Below the pieces are notes generated by a model. That model was not told where the DNA came from. It was given only the letters and a program-made list of their open reading frames with translations, and did no database searches. Source: Phoronis australis (lineage: Eukaryota > Animalia > Phoronida). Taken from it: a DNA stretch of 64,000 bases. Positions 60,001-64,000 of the stretch are shown here, in pieces. Both the position numbers and the translations under genes were made by a program. Position 1 is the stretch's first letter. The number at the start of each line of letters is the position of its first letter. Where the stretch lies: contig NMRA01000975.1 of the NCBI GenBank assembly GCA_002633005.1, forward strand, positions 1 through 64,000, written 5' to 3'.

Positions 60001-62624
60001 AGAAGGTCAGGAAGCGGACAAGCCAGCTGAGAATTCTGAGGCCCCCGCTGAGACGACGGAAGCACCCGCTGAGACATCTGAAGAACAGAAACCAGCTGAA
60101 GGCATGCTATGTTGATGTTCATCTGTAGTTTGAACGCACGTGGCACACTGTATTGTCTTTTGTGTTGCACCGATGCATGTTCATCTGTGCTTCATGCCAT
60201 TCTATCGCTACTGTTGGTCACACTGGTGCCTCCCTCTTTTGGAAAACATGTCACTTTCGGTTGCAGTGCCAGGTGATTTTTTTGATATACTTAATTGCTA
60301 TTTTGGGAAAAAAGGAAAGAAGAATTACCGTCAGATTTTAATTGAACAAGCCATGTGACCATCGGATATCTTTGACTTGCAGGATCATTCCATGATTCAC
60401 AGGTTTTGAAACTGAGGAAGCCAGCTAAAGCAGATTATATTACCGTAGTTTAAGTATTAAATATTCAAATTTCAAGAACTAATTGTTTAATTTGGAATGG
60501 TGGCTTTGATATTTCAAAACCTGGGAATGACTACTAACGCTCATTTCAACACTTCAAGTTTGGTCTTTGTTTTTCACAACAGTGAGGTTCTCCACTAACT
60601 GCATGCTAAAGTGTATAATCTAATCCATCTTTGTCTTTCTTCAATTTACATTACAGTGCACTTGTGAAGAGGTGATTGTATAACATGTGCTTTCTTTTAA
60701 AGTTGCTATGGCATTCTGTGTTTGGCAGTTCTTGTTAGGAATTACCGTTTAAAATTGACAACTCGGGTGAACTCTTGTTGTCAATGTAGGTTTTCCAAAA
60801 AGGTTAAAATTTATACATTTGACGATCTTTCACTCAGCATATGTGTAATATGTCACATATTGATTTGTGAATAGCCACTTTGTACATTCAGCGTTATATT
60901 TGGAATAAAACCAAGACATTTCAAATTCACAAGAAAAGAATTGATTTTAATGCACACCACAGAAGTTCCTTGCTTCCATTCATCTCTTCAGCAGCGTGTT
61001 CTTTTGGTCATTTCATTCAAAACAGTTTGTCATTTTTACAAGCTGAACACTGCACATGGATGTCTCTAGCGCAGCTGATTGATGTGAAGCAATAAACATG
61101 TCTACGACGACAACGGTTTTTAGTGTGCCAGTACCAGTTAAAAGAAATCCATTGCAAGCATATTTTCAGTGAATTGTGTTTTTCTCAATTAATGTTAAGT
61201 ATGCACTACATGTAATGTGCTACACTGTAGTTAAAGGAACAAGCACCAGGTGGTACTGCTGAGGTTTGAACACAATTGCCTGGGCTGCATTCCATAGATG
61301 CGAGGTATCGCACTAGCATTCTTATGAGTGTCTTTGGTCAATGGAACGCAACCCTTTGACATGCCATAGCTTCTTAACAAAACTAATCTCTCCAGGTTGT
61401 TGCTCTACTCCTTGAATGGCTTCACACTAATGTTCTTGCCTAGACTGACTGCTCGTTGTCAAAACTGGAAGGTGATTCTCTTGTTCTGTTAGTGCCCGTG
61501 AAGATGTATGTTGCCATGGTTACCATGAAGATGTGTTGCCATGGTTACCATGAGATAGAAAGAGTTCTTCTGCATGTTGGCCTGAAATATTACTTACAGC
61601 TCTTTTGCTCGACTTTTGTGCTAGTCTCAAGTTTTCTGTAGTTGACTTGAACCCTTGAAACAGCCTTAATGTAATCTCCCAGGCAGGTTTGGGGTGTCTA
61701 CCACTCCTGGTTGTTCACTTTTTATGTTGACTGTTTTTTTTACTGGGTAAATGTAGTAGCAATTATCATTTATGGAATTGTATTATACCAATTGAATTGC
61801 TGTTGTTTCTTCACCATATGGTGATTAACATCCCAGAAATCTTGGCATTGGTGTTTTTGTCCATTTTCTTTATTCCACGATTCTCGGTAATGTTGTCTGT
61901 TCCTTGGTTTTGGCTGTAAATTAATAACAATATCATGGGTTTACAGAGAGTGAGAAGCCTGCAGAGGAATCCCCTGCATCAGATGACAAGCCAGCAGATG
62001 AGGAACAGAAGCCAGCTGAGGGTATATTCATTTAATGCATATTGTTTACTGACTAGTTCTTAAAGCCACAAATCGTGTTCTCTGTGTTTTTAACGTGAAA
62101 CTCCAATTTTGACCACTTTCACCTTGTTTGAGTACAGCGAGAAATGATTCCTTAGTCATGTTGTGAATTTGACTGTGTTGTTAGTATAATGACGGAAATC
62201 AATAAAGTTTTAAGTCACTATTTTTTGTGCCAAAATAACTGCAAAATGCCAGTTACCAGGCTGTGAATGGTTCCCAGCCTGGATACAAGATGCAGCTACA
62301 TCTAATTGATGCTGTGTGTTTTGTGGCTCTCTTCATCCTCTTCAGTATAAATACACAACTTGATTCACTTCTTCACGTATATGTTGTCACGTGCATTGCT
62401 TTGTGAAAATTACGTAACATCTTGTTTGCTATTTTGTGAAGTCTGTGAAAGTGTCACTAAGCATATCCTTCCCATTTACGTAGGTTCATGTTATTCTAGG
62501 CCTGCTATTTAAGTGTCTGGCTGTACTTTGTAATTTTATGATGCAGAAGTCAGTACCTTTGTCCTTAAATATCTCAAAAGTAATTTATTGAATATGTTTT
62601 TTTTTTTCAGCGGCTGCTGAGTAA
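47885..62624 (+). CDS. Six-exon gene for an N-acylated acidic disordered protein, about 203 aa (exons 47885-48050, 50734-50799, 54387-54557, 59982-60101, 61947-62021, 62611-62624)
   Basis: AAAATGG start reading MGCNSSK. All introns are phase 1 and the internal exons are 66, 171, 120 and 75 nt (multiples of 3), purine-rich, with a recurring (E/D/Q)KPA motif. Joined length is 612 nt, ending AAAE-stop. Confidence 0.8.
50734..50799 (+). CDS. Exon 2: AETSQKEQETQGEEKKDEEKPA
   Basis: Long polypyrimidine tract + TAG acceptor, GTATGT donor. Confidence 0.85.
54387..54557 (+). CDS. Exon 3: EEAKQEEEPAVCEDVPVDEHSDEKPA..TETNANE
   Basis: CAG acceptor with a weak tract, AAG|GTAAGG donor; lies within ORF 54335..54646. 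Confidence 0.75.
59538..59710. repeat. Dispersed repeat shared with 40107-40323
   Basis: See 40107-40323. Confidence 0.8.
59982..60101 (+). CDS. Exon 4: EEPEKCAEGQEADKPAENSEAPAETTEAPAETSEEQKPAE
   Basis: TTTCTAG acceptor; coding-like composition stops at AAG|GCATGC (putative GC donor). Confidence 0.75.
61510..61548. promoter_or_regulatory. Tandemly duplicated RFX X-box (GTTGCCATGGTTAC at 61510-61523 and 61535-61548)
   Basis: The reverse complement GTAACCATGGCAAC fits GTNRCC-N(0-3)-RGYAAC exactly. Confidence 0.5.
61947..62021 (+). CDS. Exon 5: ESEKPAEESPASDDKPADEEQKPAE
   Basis: TTTACAG acceptor, G|GTATAT donor. Confidence 0.8.
62611..62624 (+). CDS. Exon 6 coding part (AAAE-stop), followed by 3'UTR with AATAAA at about 62766 and about 63535
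   Basis: Poly-T + CAG strong acceptor; the phase-1 join gives GCG GCT GCT GAG TAA. Confidence 0.75.
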
Positions 62625-64000
62625 TTTGTCTTTCGCCTTTTGGTGGACATTCCACGTTAGACCTGGGATTACTCTTTTTGTATTCAAGACAATCGTGCAA
62701 GTATCTATCCCAAATATTGCCAGGAGTTCAAGCAAAAAATCTCCACACAAGATCTGAATCCTTCAAATAAAATATTTCTGCTTTATCTTCATGTTACTTT
62801 ACAACAGTAGTATCCCCATTTCCAAGTAAAAACCCTTCGTTTCTGCTGATAGTGACTGTTTGGTCACAGCACGTGTGCCACTGAATATCACGGCTGATGA
62901 AATATTATTGGATCGATGCATGTTAAAAGTCTTAGTCACTGTTTGGTCGTCCTCCATTTAGATAAAACCAGGTTATACCTTTTATTTGACTTTTTGTAAA
63001 AATTAGTCTGCTCAAATCATTGTAAATATTTTATTGTTATTGTTATGTAATCGACATTTATGCATTGAAATTGTTATCAGATACCGTGTGTATATAATAG
63101 GCCACTTTTCTGTTCCATCCGGTTGTGAATATATTTCAAGCAGCTAGTGGTTCCTGAAGTCAATTTTGTCACCTCATTGTGAGTTGACCTCAAGATGTTA
63201 CACTTGCCTTAGTTATCTCCCCTTGCTCCTCTTGCCTTTGTCTGTTGTTAGCTGAAGACTGTTTAGGTGTACGGTATCTGCCCATCAACATTGCTTTTTT
63301 GCTGAAAGCGAGTATTTATTGTAGAATTCGCTTGTTGGCATTGTGGCTGTTAAGTGTCAAAATAAGGATTTGATAGCTTATGTTGCTTAAACTAGTGTTA
63401 TGCTGCCATAAAGAAGTGCGTTATGGCAATTGTCATAGAGAATGTTTGGGAAGTACCGTACTTGTCTGGGTTAATGTCCATGCTTGATTTAGTGTCCACA
63501 ATGGTACTCTATGAGCTGATCATACTCGTGTGCAAATAAACAGTGAAGGCCTGCATGTGAGCAGCATTTTACTAGTGCATCAGACACACTTTATCTTTAG
63601 ATCGAAAAAAACTTGGTCACACTACCCTCAGAACTCTACTGAATTGAAGTACTTTGGGTGATCCTCCTTTGTAGATGGTAAGCCCTTACCAGTGCATTGT
63701 CTACAATCAGCTGTGAAGTGCAACGTTTACTTTGATCCCTGGGCGATTGACCTTTGGGGTAAGCTCCCACCCCCGACTTTTCAACATTTTTGTCTTTTTA
63801 TTTTATTATGCTCAACATAATGCCCACCTGTTGATTTGTAACGTAAGCGCCGTTGGCAATAACACGGATTAGTACGGTAAAGTCAAGTATATAACCATGA
63901 CAGGGGGTATAGTTGTGCAATGTTTACAACTGTGCAATTTGGTATGCTGTCTGCAAAGGGAACACCAGGTTGTAATGTTGTTGGCTGTGGGCACTGGTGT

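Overview
Eukaryotic (animal, probably marine invertebrate) draft-assembly sequence: AT-rich, spliced, with two N gaps and no prokaryotic operons, CRISPR arrays or rRNA genes. The left two thirds hold a minus-strand tandem cluster of sacsin-like genes. Copy B is complete: 7 coding exons, 37312->18730, about 3219 aa, with two GHKL/SRR ATPase repeats, a J-domain with HPD and a C-terminal HEPN, and no ubiquitin-like N-terminus. Copy A runs off the left edge (four exons visible, 11999->1). A rearranged pseudogenic fragment C lies at about 40.8-42.0 kb. The right third holds a previously unannotated-looking 6-exon plus-strand gene (47885-62624, about 203 aa) that the ORF track misses as a gene. It encodes an MGCxxS-acylated, acidic, disordered E/K/P/A-rich protein built from symmetric phase-1 exons, with a GC donor and RFX/FOX-like motifs. 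Introns and intergenic DNA carry a 5'-truncated Gypsy element (integrase, PPT, LTR), Kolobok-type TTAA elements, GGGCC-ended MITEs, a family of small 5-bp-TSD elements (one nested inside another) and a decayed LINE fragment. All exon models were built by eye from splice signals, frame and paralog comparison; none has transcript support here.
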